Notes: generated by a model from the sequence alone, not told the origin. A stretch of DNA of 64,000 nucleotides from Eledone cirrhosa (GCA_964016885.1 OZ024741.1:22134001-22198000); one strand, 5' to 3'. Shown: positions 23,370 through 40,446, counted from the first letter of the stretch. Numbers and translations: made by a program.

Positions 23370-24010
23370 TTTCTTAAGAAAGTTAATTTAGGCATGGCCA
23401 GAAATTATAGAAGGGTTACCCTTACAGCATTAGCAGCAAATCCCCACAACAATGTGTTGCAGAATCGTTTACAGCCAGAAATTGAGGAGGTTTTGTGAAG
23501 AAACCAAAACAACTTCAAGAAAATAGGTTTACTGTTAGACAGAAGTACCAAGGAAATTTAATGTCTTTGAACTTCTCAAAACCTGTCCTCCAAGAAAAAA
23601 AAATGTATCCAATTGTTCGTACATGTGGGATACCACAGGAAATAGTAACAGTCGTTATAATTGTTTCTACTTTGGGCACAAGGCCAGCAGTGCATTACTG
23701 GTACTTTATTTTATCGACCCCGTAAGGATGAAAGACAAAGTTAACCTCGGCGGGATTTGAACTCAGAATGGCAAGGGCTGTAACTCTATGCATCAAAGCA
23801 TGGCGTCCGACCCTCTACCGATACTGCCAGTTACTGCTTCTACAAATAATCCAAGAACTGTTTGTCACATTTCAAGTGACAAAGTTAATGACCTTGGCTT
23901 CACTCTAAGAAAAGCCACAGCCTCTTCTCACCCAGTCACAAAAATATCGGATGTGGATTATCTTGACGATATCACACTCTCCTGAGACATCTTTCTACAT
24001 AACCTTGAAA
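23370..24010 (+). pseudogene. Highly degraded RTE-like RT fragments interrupted by a SINE (23660-23830)
   Basis: LGMARNYRRVTLTALAA..LQNRLQPEIEEVL and ISDVDYLDDITL. Confidence 0.55.
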
Positions 24011-24053
24011 CACAGAGGATATCTACTGACGATATCAACTTCTGAGACACCTT

Positions 24054-24622
24054 TCTACATAACCTTGAAACACAGAAGATATCTACTGATGATATCACAC
24101 GAGTAGTACCCAACCGATTCTTTTCAAACTTTACATGTGTATTACTTATGTTTCAGGGAGTGTTATGCACATAAAAAATTCAACTTTTTGATCCCCTGCG
24201 TTTTTCAGCTTTTTAGGGGTTTTTTGAGGCGTTACATCAGACGGATTTCCTTGAAATTGTAACTATGTATTAGTCAGTCTCTTCTTCATACCGTGAGTAA
24301 AGAAAATCCAACTTTTTTATGGCCCTGGGTCCGCATTACGTGAAAAACTTCATTTTTTCAGCTTTTGGGGGCTTTTTTGAGGCGTTACGTCTGGCCGAAT
24401 TTCCCGAAATTTCAAGGCATATTATGCACATAAAAAATATTCATTTTCTTGCATTTTTTCTGCTTCATCGAGGAAAATCTTAAAGATTATCCAGCCATCA
24501 GAGTATTCGGTTTATTTTCTTTACATATTGTCCAGGCATGCAGTTTTTCCACGATTAGGTCTGTTGGCGGCCCGCGTTCCAAAATACCTTATCCCGTGCA
24601 ACGCCGAGTACCATTTTGTAAG
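24054..24622 (+). mobile_element. Probable non-autonomous Helitron (diverged)
   Basis: 5' TCTACATAA, internal duplicated ccgatt..gaaattt modules, 3' atcccgtgcaacgccgagt hairpin remnant. Confidence 0.5.
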
Positions 24623-24860
24623 TATGCATACGTACACACACACATATATATATGTATATATATGGCTGAATGGTTAGAGAATTGTATTCGCAATCTTAAG
24701 ATTGTGAGTTCGATTCCCAGACCGAGCGATGCATTCTTGGGCAAGACACTTTATTTCACGTTGCTCCTTCTACCTGGAGTTGCGACCGATAGAGAGTATT
24801 AGCAATTGGAAAGACCAACGGAAACATTGTTTCCTCGGTCCGATTTGACGAAAGTCGATC

Positions 24861-24907
<47 letters not shown>

Positions 24908-24982
24908 ATATATATACACACACATATACATATGTACGTATGGGTTATATCGAACGTTAATGTTTGTAAACAAACGGCCCGA

Positions 24983-25211
24983 TTAACCCTTTACTATTTA
25001 TATTACTCTATATATACTATTGTATTTCCATGGTAAAGGCTTTGCCTCAGACAATTATCTCACATAATATTGAATCTATTAGATTTTGATATTGTTCATT
25101 TTGAGAACAATACCTTAACATCAGTATGAGTGGCCAGTTACGGCCGGTTTGAACAGAAAGAGGTGAAAGAATTCGGACCGGATACGGCCGGTTTAAATGT
25201 TAACGGATTAA
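24983..25211. mobile_element. piggyBac-like MITE (diverged)
   Basis: TTAA-CCCTTTACTATTT ... AAATGTTAACGGA-TTAA. Confidence 0.45.
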
Positions 25212-26251
25212 AGCTGTGCCGATGACAAATCGTCATCCGTTTGTGTTAGGGCGGGAAATAAAATTCTTTTTTTTTTTAAATATAATATATACTATGTATA
25301 AAGAGATATTATATATTTTTGGATTGGCAGTATCGATGAGGGTCGGACGCCATACTTTGCAGCACAGTTACGTCCCTTTACAGGTTGAGTTCAAATCCCA
25401 CCGAGGTTAACATTGCCTTTCATCCTTATTGGGTCGATAAAATAAAGTACCAGTAATGCACTGGGTAAATTGCTGGCCTTGTGCCAAAAGTAGAAACAAT
25501 TATATATTTTTTTTATTTTACTATATTTATATATAATATGTATCATTTGATATCTAATATACTATTGTATTATCTCTACCGCTCGTCCACCGTCTCCTTA
25601 GGCCCCAACGCCCCTAGACCTTCTCAACAACCCCCAGGTGGCGGTAGCGCCCACTTTGGGGACCTCTGATCTAACGTCTAGGGATCCTTTCATATACTTA
25701 GAAAGCAACGTTGCATCCCTAGAAAAGGACATAAAATTCGTCTCCCAAAAATATGGAGTATACTCGGCGTCGCCATAAGCCATTACTATCAAATGACACA
25801 AACGTTCCACTATTGAATCTGTGTCGTTGTGGGGCTCCACTGCTAAGACACACTCATAAAACACATTGATGCAAGGTTTTATGGTGCTCACACCTACATA
25901 TTATGGGACAGGTCATTCTGAGTATCTTCAGCAAGGAACATCAGACCAAACAAAAACTGTACTGCAATTATTTTACTATCACCGATGACATTAGAGGGAG
26001 GAGAGGCTTGCACTTTACAAAACAGAGCTAGGAAGCCAGACAAGGTCTCATTAGAGATATACTCCCGTGGACATCAGAACTGGGTTGTCCATCAAAAACC
26101 TGTATCGACCAGTTCTGTATGAACACACTATGTTACTCTACTGATTTTCTGATCGCTATGTGAGATTAAGGTGGGGGTGGGGGCGTCATTGGATAAAAGA
26201 AAATCCAGACAATCTCGATCAGATGAAATCACACACACACGCACATACACA

Positions 26252-26353
<102 letters not shown>

Positions 26354-26483
26354 ACAGAATGTTGTAGTTTGCTTGAAGCATTGTTGAATAGGAAACACAA
26401 ATTTAAATAATTTTGAAAACCATAGAATGCACTAAAAATAAAATTAAAATTATTTAAATCTCTCTCTCTATATATATATATAC

Positions 26484-26527
<44 letters not shown>

Positions 26528-27029
26528 TGTAAGTATATATACCACAGCTCCTTTAGATTAATTATATTAATATACAGGATAACTCAGTCCTAGATATAAT
26601 ATTACAGATTAAAAATCCCTGCTGTCGGATAATAAAGGTTCACCTCTAAAGCCCCTATAATTAAGACATTACCTTGAAGTATAATCTACGTACCTTAGGT
26701 CTACTACTCCACCAGAGCCTATATAAAGCTTCACAGCAACTACGACCCTTAGCTATCACTATAAGCTGTTCTGGCTTATGTAAATATTAATAGGAAACTT
26801 CAATGACCTCTATCAACAGAAACTCATTCAGTGAGTTTAAAATTAACGTGCTTACGTCATTCGTAGAAACCAAAAATAATTCTGGCCAAATCATTTAAAT
26901 TCATACTTTTACATAAATACCAGTTGTCTGAGGAAGATTATGCAATTGACCACGCCTCTTCTCTTTAGCGATAGACTAGGCCTTTTCTCTTTAGCAATTG
27001 ACCACGCCTATTCTCTTTAGCAATTGACC

Positions 27030-28173
27030 GCACTCATTCCATGTGTCTAACACACGTGGGTATGCCTACAAACTCAGAAAACAGCACAGCTCCCATGACT
27101 TTCGGAAACATCTTTTCACGCTCAGAGTTACTGAAGCATCTAATAAACTACCTGCATCAGTTGTTAGCTGTCGAGACACTGCATCCTTTAAAACCTCCAT
27201 GGAATAAACTACCTGCATCAGTTGTTAGCTGTCGAGACACTGCATCCTTTAAAACCTCCATGGAACAAACTCCCTGCTTCAGTTGTTAGCTGTCGAGACA
27301 CTGCATCCTTTAAAACCTCCATAGAATAAACTACCTGCATCAGTTGTTAGCTGTCGAGACACTGCATCCTTTAAAACATCCATGGAACAAACTACCTGCA
27401 TCAGCTGTTAGCTGTCGAGACACTGCATCCTTTAAAACATCCATGGAACAAACTACCTGCATCAGCTGTTAGCTGTCGAGACACTGCATCCTTTAAAACC
27501 TCCATGGAACAAACTACCTGCATCAGTTGTTAGCTGTCGAGATACTGCATCCTTTAAAACCTCCATAGAATAAACTACCTGCATCAGTTGTTAGCTGTCG
27601 AGACACTGCATCCTTTAAAACCTCCATAGAATAAACTACCTGCATCAGTTGTTAGCTGTCGAGACACTGCATCCTTTAAAACCTCCATGGAATAAACTAC
27701 CTGCTTCAGTTGTTAGCTGTCGAGACACTGCATCCTTTAAAACCTCCATGGAATAAACTACCTGCTTCAGTTGTTAGCTGTCGAGACACCGCATCCTTTA
27801 AAACCTCCATGGAATAAACTACCTGCTTCAGTTGTTAGCTGTCGAGACACTGCATCCTTTAAAACCTCCATGGAATAAACTACCTGCTTCAGTTGTTAGC
27901 TGTCGAGACACTGCATCCTTTAAAACCTCCATAGAATAAACTACCTGCATCAGTTGTTAGCTGTCGAGACACTGCATCCTTTAAAACCTCCATGCTTCCC
28001 GAAATTCGTCAACACTACACCTGATATTCCCCCTCCATACACACACACACACACACATTACATCACGACTCATACACTGACATTTCTACATTATTCTAGG
28101 TACTATACATGCACCTTTGATGAGTTGTAGTGCACCTGAGCACTGTATTCAATAATTTCATTGTTATTATTAT
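27030..28173 (+). mobile_element. CR1-like LINE 3' end containing an amplified minisatellite
   Basis: FRKHLFTLRVTEA.NKLPASVVSCRDTASFKTSM C-terminal motif; (ATT)n tail; flanked by attctctttagcaa.tgac. Confidence 0.75.
27145..27994. repeat. 61-bp minisatellite, ~14 copies
   Basis: Unit aaactacctgcatcagttgttagctgtcgagacactgcatcctttaaaacctccatggaat. Confidence 0.95.
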
Positions 28174-28339
28174 TCTCTTTAGCAACTGACTACCCCCTTC
28201 TCTTTAGCAGCTGACCACGCCCCTTCTCTTTAGCAATTACTCTATGAGCTAAATTGAGAAGTGAAATATGGTGATTGGAAAAACTGAATCAACTGAGACT
28301 AACCATGCATTTTCAAACACCCTGTCAGTGTTCAAATAC

Positions 28340-28407
<68 letters not shown>

Positions 28408-28413
<6 letters not shown>

Positions 28414-29027
28414 GACGTAAAATAAGAAAATTATAAAAATTAACTTACTTACTAAAATTTCACTCCAACTAATTAGTTTCTGAAAGGGAATAAACATGGT
28501 TTCCAAATGGAAAGCATGGAAAAGCCTTTCGTCATCAGGAAGTCTGTTCTCAGATAAGTTACCAGGCGATGCGTGGACACAGGGAACTTATACAAAAATA
28601 ATAATTCAGTGGATGGAAAAAAGCAAGCGTGGACTAAATTCCAAGACATTGAAAAAATCACTTGGTCGGTGGCAAATTCAAAAGAATCAATCACGTGACA
28701 TCGAGGTTAATCAGTGAGAAGTAGGGTGTTAAAAAGACAGTAGCCGAGCCATTACTATGAACTATAGTAGCAGTTTTGGCAAATTTTTGCTCAACAAACT
28801 AATTTGGAGGTAATTATAAAGAATTAGTATATCTTCCCTTTCAGAAACTAATTAGTTGGAGTGAAATTTTAGTAAGTTAATTTTTATAATGTTCTTATTT
28901 TACGTCTCTCATATAATTGTTCTGCAACCCCTTGCATTGAACCACAAAGTTACTAAGACAAAACCTATATATTTGCTAGCATAGGTATGCATCTGTATAT
29001 ATATATGTTGGTAGATATACTAATTCT
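28408..29027. mobile_element. F2 fold-back pLTR element with ~340-bp spacer
   Basis: Arms 28408-28490 and 28833-28913; tail nearly identical to 9685-9797. Confidence 0.8.
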
Positions 29028-29028
29028 T

Positions 29029-29060
<32 letters not shown>

Positions 29061-29117
29061 TAAAAAAATAATGAATAAAACAATGAAACAGTTCCTTATA
29101 TTAAACAAAAAAAGTTC

Positions 29118-29265
29118 ATTATTTAACGATCGTTTCTAGGATATATATGTGTTAGAATTGGCATGCATATTCAACAGATCTATGTACAAAATTATACAAA
29201 ATTATACAAACTATCAAAATTAAATATACATACCAACACATATATAAGCCGTCTTCAGAAATAAT
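29118..29265 (-). ncRNA. Type I hammerhead ribozyme with 115-nt rod-like stem II, inside fold-back 29053-29480
   Basis: ATTATTT CTGAAGA ...TATATATGTGTT GGTATGTATATTTAA...TTGAATATGCATGCC..AACACATATATA.. GAAAC GATC GTT AAATAAT. Confidence 0.8.
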
Positions 29266-29479
29266 AGCTGTCGAGCTATAATGAACTTTCTTTGTTTAAT
29301 ATAAGGAACTGTTTCATTGTTTTATTCATTATTTTTTTAATATTTTATCTTGACTCTGTATTCCGTTTATCTTTCACCGAAAGTGATTTTTCATTGCATC
29401 TCTTCTTTCCATGATATCCGGATTACATTGAGTTCTTCATACGGATTGGACACTACCGTAAACTCTTGGTAGATTTATC

Positions 29480-30180
<701 letters not shown>

Positions 30181-30346
30181 CTCTCTCTCTATATATATAT
30201 ATAACCAAAGATTAATATGGTTCATTGATTACTCAATGAATATAGTTTTACAATAGATTAAAAGCACTCAACAAAAAGTTTTCTGGAGTTATTAATATTA
30301 TTCAGAATATTAATAAATGAAGACATTCACATAATCAAAATATATG

Positions 30347-30408
30347 TTTTATTATATATATTTCGAAGGTACTGTGCTGTTTTTTCAGTACGTCTTCGTC
30401 AGATAAAA
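30347..30408 (-). ncRNA. Type I hammerhead ribozyme
   Basis: TTTTAT CTGACGA agac GTACTG..CAGTAC cttc GAAA TATATA TA ATAAAA. Confidence 0.7.
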
Positions 30409-31041
30409 TACATGAATTGATGTATGACATACCTCAACGGTCTTGATGGTTCAAATCCAGTATTGGCAGTATATATATATATAGGCATGTAGATATGATA
30501 CATCAAATAAAATCATAATTGACAATATACACAGAAATTGAACGAAGACTGCGTTACACTGTCTTATGTAATCAGTAACGTAATCCATTAAACATTAAAA
30601 AAAGACGATATTATATATAAACTGCATTAGGAGAAAATTAGTGACGGAAATATATGAATGTTTATTTAAGCGATCGCTAACCGGAAGTGTTGACATTTGA
30701 AACTTTTAAAGAAGTGAATCTTAAAATAAACAATAAAATTATTTATATTTAATCAAGAATAACGAAATTTAGTAGATAAATTATGTAATATTCATTCATT
30801 ATTTATTCAAAGTAATCCAACTTATTTTACAAACGGGATTAAAAAATATATTCCGGGCGCAGTCCCGCACTCTTCTCCATATTATAGTTAAGATATATCA
30901 CATGAACTGTTGAATAGAAAGCTTTGTTGTATTCGTTCCGACTGGTTTCAAAACCAGCTCAAATCGAAAACAAACAAACAAAACAAGTACCAGTCTACTA
31001 CTAGGGTCGATTATTCTACAATCTCCCCCCCCTCTCTACCC

Positions 31042-31072
<31 letters not shown>

Positions 31073-31794
31073 ACTCTCACTCCGAAAGAAATTGGTTGTG
31101 TCCAGACATAGAGAGGTGATGTACCCCGCCAGGTTTATGATGTCCATGGCAGGCTGTATGTCACATCGGTGCTCCAACGACACCATCATGAGTCACAGGT
31201 CTTTGTGTACATACGTACATACATAATTCTTTCTACATACATACATGATGGCTGCCCCCTCGTTATCGAGTATGGCCATTACACGATTTACCATTATTAA
31301 TAACTATGAATTAATTCTATCGTGCAATGCCTGTGCGTGAAGATATTTTTAAAGTGGAGAAAGACCGTGCACTGAGCCAATCCCACTCTCTGACAGTAGC
31401 TATAAACCGAAAAGAAGAAAAGATCAACATAATCGGTAACTACTGAGCCACAGGTTTTATATCAGAGTTATCCCAGTTTCCTGAGTTGCCTTCTCCTAGA
31501 AGAATGCCCTGACAAAGGCTAGGGGTCCTTCACTCCCAGTGGTTTAACCGCGCGATCGGGTATCCAGCCCGATTATTTCTATGTCCCCGCGCATATACAT
31601 ACACATGCATACATGTATATACACATATATATATACATATACATACACATGCATACATGTATATACACATATATATATACATATACATACACATGCATAC
31701 ATCTATATACACATATATATATACATATACATTCACATGCATACATGTATATATGTATACATGTATATATATATATTTATATATATATATATAT

Positions 31795-33305
31795 GGAAAG
31801 TTATATTTAAATTGTTGGGTTACAACTAGTAAATATTTATAACTGATATAAAAGCACTCAACGAGTATTTGGAGTATATTTACGATATTAAATAAATGGA
31901 AACTATATTTATAAAACCATATTTATTTCATTATATATATTTCAGGGATATCATATTAACAATATGCTATGCCTTCCTCAGACAAAATACAATATAGACA
32001 GTTTTATAGATAAATAGATTTGACATACCGTTCAACATCGACTTGTATTTGAAAAGTTGATTTGGCAGTGAAAAAAATTGTAAACAGAAAGAAAAAAGAG
32101 AGAAAGAAGGAAAGAAAGAAAAGAAAGAAAGAAAACGAAGAAAAAGAAGAAAAAGAAGAAATGCATGTAACAAAATAGAGAGATGGAAAGATAGATAAAG
32201 AGAAAAACTTCATGTAAAGAAACAGAGAGAGATATATATATTATTGTAGTATTTTCTAATATTTTTATTTTTAATATGTAATATTTTTTCGTAATATTTT
32301 TTAGTTTTCTATTTTATTATTATTTATTATTATTATTGTTATTATTTTTTGTTTCTGATATTTTTATTAATATATTGAAATCTGTTCTCTATTTCTGCTT
32401 GATAGATAATCATGTGGAGTAAAGACAAGAATAGTATTGTTAAAATTAATATAGACTCTATATATATGTGTATATATATACACATATATGTATACTTAAA
32501 TTTTTATAGCACAATGAGAATGTTCTCCATGGAAAATTGGGATTTGCAGAGTTGTTCACGTAAATTCACATCGATGTTTGTAGTTATCATATAAACATAT
32601 GAATTTTTAAAACTAAACATAAGATCATTACTTTTCACACATTATGGATACGTGTCTCATTCAGGAATACTGATATTTACATTATAGTGCCTGGTTTTTA
32701 TACATACTAATACTTCTACATTAAAACATAGGGTTTTTATGCCTCGCCTATGTCTGGCTACTTTTCATTTTTCTCTCTATATAACAGCTGGTTTCTCTCC
32801 TAACCACATATATCTCCCTTACATTAATACTAGAGCTAAATTAATAAATAAATAAATAAATGTATCATTGATACGTTTATTCAACGGATGTCCAACTACC
32901 CACTTTTCTCTATATATATATCTATCTCTATCTATTTCCTCTCTCTATATATATCTCTCTCTGTTTCTTTACATGAAGTTCTTCTCTTTATCTATCTTTC
33001 CATCTCTCTATTTTGTTACATGCATTTCTTCTTTTTCTTCTTTTTCTTCGTTTTCTTTCTTTCTTTTCTTTCTTTCCTTCTTTCTCTCTTTTTTCTTTCT
33101 GTTTACAATTTTTTTCACTGCCAAATCAACTTTTCAAATACAAGTCGATGTTGAACGGTATGTCAAATCTATTTATCTATAAAACTGTCTATATTGTATT
33201 TTGTCTGAGGAAGGCATAGCATATTGTTAATATGATATCCCTGAAATATATATAATGAAATAAATATGGTTTTATAAATATAGTTTCCATTTATTTAATA
33301 TCGTA
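31795..33305. mobile_element. Fold-back element with ~360-bp arms
   Basis: 31881-32240 is inverted at ~32945-33305; HHR in each arm. Confidence 0.85.
33197..33262 (+). ncRNA. Type I hammerhead ribozyme (mirror at 31924-31989 on -)
   Basis: TATTTTGT CTGAGGA AGG.ATA.CATATT-gtt-AATATG.TAT.CCT GAAA TATATA TA ATGAAATA; stem I has two G-U pairs. Confidence 0.85.
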
Positions 33306-34074
33306 TATATATATATATATATATTTATATATACACACACACATATATACACATGCATACATGTATATACATATTTACACATTTTGGGATGGCCGTTGAC
33401 TCTTATGAGTCCTTCTGCCCTTTGTCAGGTGTTTTTTTTTTGTCCTGCAGGGTGTCCCAAATCCCCCTTCCCACCAAGTAAACTTAGTGGGGTTGCCAGT
33501 TTAGTCGCCGACGACCCGACCATGCGACAGGTTGTACTGGGTTACATGTTACCAGTAACACTCAAGAGTGACCCGACATAGACATGCATACATACATAAT
33601 TGTTTCTACTTTTGGCATAAGGCCAGCACTTACCCAATGCATTACTGGTACTTTATTTTATCGACCCCGCAAGGATGAAAGGCAAAGTTAATCTTGGCGG
33701 GATTTAAACTCAGAATAGGAAGAGACCAGCAATAAAACTCTGAAAGCGAGTTCTCACCTTTAATAAATAAGCTTTGCCTTCACAGAACACGCTAGAAAAA
33801 TATCAAAATATAGAAGAAATTCTTCAGAATTATGTATCATGCTGTTCATCGTTACTAGGAAGGTGGTTTTAGCCTGCATATTCTCTACAGGGGGCAATTG
33901 GTGGTAATTTACCATCATTACCATTACAAAGATAGAATCTGTATACGTTACAGCGATAAAATATAAGTTAAGCTTATCAACGCCAACTCCAATTTGATAT
34001 CAGAAAACTAAATTTCTCTACTTATCTATAGTGTGAAAATATTGACGTTAATAATGGCTGCAGCAGCTCCTGGT

Positions 34075-34122
34075 GTAGTTGTTACTGTTGTTGTTGTTGT
34101 AGTAGGTTGTTGTTGTTGTAGG

Positions 34123-34163
<41 letters not shown>

Positions 34164-34360
34164 CTTCTTCTTCTTCTTCTTCTTCTTCTTCTTCTTCTTC
34201 TTCTTCTTCTTCTTCTTCTCCGCTTCTCCTTCTTCTTCTTCCCCCTCCTCCTCTCCCTCCTCCATTTTCTCCTCCTCTTCCTCTTATCCCCCTCCGCTTC
34301 TTCTTCTTCTCCTTCCCCCTTCTTCTTCTTCTTCTTCTTCTTCTTCTCCTTCTTCTCCCC
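34075..34360. repeat. Compound (TTG)n/(TTC)n microsatellite
   Basis: Direct inspection. Confidence 0.95.
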
Positions 34361-35669
34361 CCTACCTGTAAATAGTAGATGTTATAATATAATAACAAGG
34401 TTGTTTTGTAAATAATTGATCTAAATCATGTGGCAAGATAACAGCCAAAGAACAGGAAGTATCTCCATGAAACTATCCCAGTATCGACAGAGAAATAAAA
34501 TGTATTTATATTCTCCATTACGTAATCACCGAGTTATATTTTGCCGACATAACATAGAAATACTGAGAACAACAATTTTAAAATTAGATTTGATTTATGG
34601 ATACCTTGAATCAATCTGGAAATGGAAACTCTTAATTGATATTTAAAACAGCTGTTCCTGTAGAATCTCAGGAGTTAAGCAGTTTTATATGTACTTGATT
34701 CCATCAGGAGTGATTTATCGGAGACGTCAGCTGAGCACAAGTTAGGAGTTGTAAAGATCTGACTAGAGAAGAACTGGTTCGGACATATAGTAAAATATAG
34801 TTCCAGAAATAATACTTTGTAGAAGCTCACATACTTACACGTAGATGTGTTTGTATGAGTGTGAAAATATGTAGTTATTCGTGTATATAAGCAATAACAA
34901 TGTTTGTACGCATACGTAATTATATAGATATACATCTACGTGACATTATTCGCTGTGAGTTAATTGCTTCTAACATTGGCACAAGGCCAGTCATTTTGAG
35001 AGAAGGGGAGAGCCGATTATATCGATCCCATTATTTAACTAGCATTATAGGGCGGTGGATTGGCAGTAATTGGTAGAGCGTCGGACACCATGATTTGTGG
35101 CATAGAGTTACGGCCCTTTATGTTCTGAATTCAAATCCTAGTTTAGCTTTGCTTTTCATCCTTACTCGCTGGATAAAATAAAGTACCAGTAATGTACTGG
35201 GGTCGATTTAATCGACTTTCCTCTCCCCTCAAAATTGCTGGCCTCGTGCCTAATCAGAAACTATTATGTAACTAGCATTATATTTCATCGACCGCGGAAG
35301 GATTAAACGTAAAGTTGATCTGAGCAGGATTTGAACCCAGAACGTAAATAGTGAGAACAAATGCTGCAAAACTCCAGAAATATGTTACAATCATTGAAAG
35401 ATTTTACTGAGAAACACCTTCAAATTCGACATCGGACATTATAATGCAAACTGTAACGAGCTAGCCTGTAAAAGCTAACAACTTGTCTTCCGCCAACCCC
35501 TGTCATCTTAAAACTTGCAACTGACTTATGTTTGCACGTTTGTTATTTGAGACGAAACGTTTTATTTTTAATGTCCGACGCTCTAAAACATTTTCCAATC
35601 TACGTACATATAAGCAATATAAGTGATTGTCTTTGTATATCTCTAATTCTTATCTGTATCTACTTCCAG

Positions 35670-36107
35670 GCGATTGACAGTCAACAGCGAGAGAACCACT
35701 TATCATGGGCTGACGGGATTATGGTCGTTTACTCAATCATCGACCGAGAAAGCTTTGAATCATGCAAGACACTCGTGGATAAAGTATTACAACTATGTGA
35801 TGACACAACACCAGTATCTGTCTTAGGCAATAAAGCCGATATGTTACACATGAGGCAAGTACAATTTGAAGAAGGATTGGCCTTTTGCCGTAATAGGAAT
35901 CTTCTGTTTTCAGAAGTATCTGCAGGGGATAGTTACGATAGTGTAGAAAAAGCTGTGAAGACTTTGATTCAAGAAGTTCGACATTGTCGAAAGAAAAAGG
36001 AAAAATCAAAGAATTCAGAAGGTGGTTTAAAGTTAGACATACGACAATCACTGAAAAATTTTACCGAGAAACGCCTTCAAATTCGTCACCGGACATCAAC
36101 GTTGTAA
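35670..36107 (+). CDS. RERG/RASL-like small GTPase, terminal exon
   Basis: tacttccag| acceptor; WADGIMVVYSIIDRESF, G4 LGNKAD, G5 SEVSA, basic C-terminus without CAAX (RHRTSTL*). Confidence 0.9.
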   Translation, partial: AIDSQQRENHLSWADGIMVVYSIIDRESFESCKTLVDKVLQLCDDTTPVSVLGNKADMLHMRQVQFEEGLAFCRNRNLLFSEVSAGDSYDSVEKAVKTLIQEVRHCRKKKEKSKNSEGGLKLDIRQSLKNFTEKRLQIRHRTSTL

Positions 36108-37200
36108 TGCAAACTATAACGAGCTGGCCTATAAAAGCTAGCGCCATGTCTTCCAGCAACTCTTGTCATATTAAAACTCGCAACTGACTTCATATTTTGC
36201 ACGTTTGTTATTTGAGACGAAGCGTTTTATTTTTAATATTTTTATTTGTTATTATTTGTTAAAAGAAGTAGGGCGGTGGATTGGCAGTATCGGTAGAGGG
36301 TCAGACGCCATGCTTTGCTGCATAGAGTTACGGCCTTTTATGATCTGAGTTCAAATCCCGCCGAGGTTAACTTTGCCTTTCATCCTTACGGGGTCGATAA
36401 AATAAAGTACCAGTCACGAACTGGGGTCGATTTAATCGACTTACCCCTCCTCCAAAATTGCTGGCCTTGTGCCTATATAAGAAATCATTATTTGTTAAAA
36501 GAAGTGAAGTTGGGATTTATTTGACATGAAATATTTTATATAATTATGTGAGTTGTGTATCGAGAAAGCCAGCACATAGGCTAAAGTTCTCAGATACTCT
36601 TTACAATGTGTATAAATTATTTTTTCATTAATAAATACAGTGTTAAAACATACAATAGTTTGATCAAAAGGAAACAATTGAATGTCATATCTTTAAAAGG
36701 GAAATAAATTAAAATAATCAAAACATGGAGAATAAAAATGGGATTTTAAAATATTTCACTTAAAAATATTCATTTAAAAGGATTTCATATTATTATTGAT
36801 GAAATATTATTATTGATAAAATATTATTATCGATAAAATATCATTATGGATAACGCATGCGCAAACTAAGCACACAACACACAAAAACAAGATGGTGTAA
36901 GACAGAACAAAGGAGAGACACACAAAATAAAAACCTAGTCACAGAGGAGGTCACAGAATGTGTGACGAAAGAGTTTTGACAATATATAAGCAACCTTCCG
37001 GTTATCGAACCAACCAACCAATCAACAGGAAATTTATAATAAATTGAAGCGAAAACCAACAGGTGCGTGTGTTTTTATTGGCAACATGACCCTCCAACAC
37101 TATCTGTTTCAACATGCGTTTTCAGATAAGAAATCTCGCAAAACAAATTCAAAAACGAATTGATAAAATATTATTTTATCAATTGAAGCAATCCGGAGTT

Positions 37201-37255
<55 letters not shown>

Positions 37256-37256
<1 letters not shown>

Positions 37257-37520
37257 TATAAGGAAAAAAGATTAAATCGTAAATGTAACTGGAGTCTTTA
37301 AGAATATTTATTTGTTTCCTTTACCGGTTTTGAAAAGCATAAGAACTGTTAAACCGGTAAAGGAAACAAATAAATATTCTTAAAGACTCCAGTTACATTT
37401 TCGATTTCATCTTTTTTCCTTATACTTTCACTCGTGTAGGACATCTCGTTTTTTTTTCATTTAAAAAAACCTCATTTTCCTGTTAAGGGTGAAAGCAGCG
37501 ATTCTTTGCTTCAACTTTAA
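37256..37520. mobile_element. Short fold-back pLTR remnant
   Basis: ~75-bp arms beginning at AAACCGGTA (stem III half of an HHR); between (CA)n and (TA)n. Confidence 0.65.
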
Positions 37521-37553
37521 TCTGTTATTTTAATACATATATACATATATATA

Positions 37554-37604
<51 letters not shown>

Positions 37605-37623
37605 GTGTATATATATATATATT

Positions 37624-37654
<31 letters not shown>

Positions 37655-37771
37655 GTATGTATATATATATATATATGTATGTATATATATATATATATAT
37701 ATGTATGTATATATATATATATATATGTATCTATATATATATATGTATGTATGTATGTATATATGTATATG

Positions 37772-37844
<73 letters not shown>

Positions 37845-37909
37845 GTATATATATATATGTATATATATATACATATGTATATATATATATATATATATGT
37901 ATATACATA

Positions 37910-37952
<43 letters not shown>

Positions 37953-37959
37953 GTATATG

Positions 37960-40446
<2,487 letters not shown>

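Larger units (their letters stand above)
31246..33580 (-). mobile_element. RTE-derived short non-autonomous element split by a fold-back PLE remnant
   Basis: 31246-31590 plus 33345-33580 match the intact copy at 55795-56412. Confidence 0.75.

Noticed and set aside
35532-35669. N-terminal 46 aa of ORF 35532..36107
   Set aside because: Intronic read-through upstream of the ttccag acceptor; not GTPase-like
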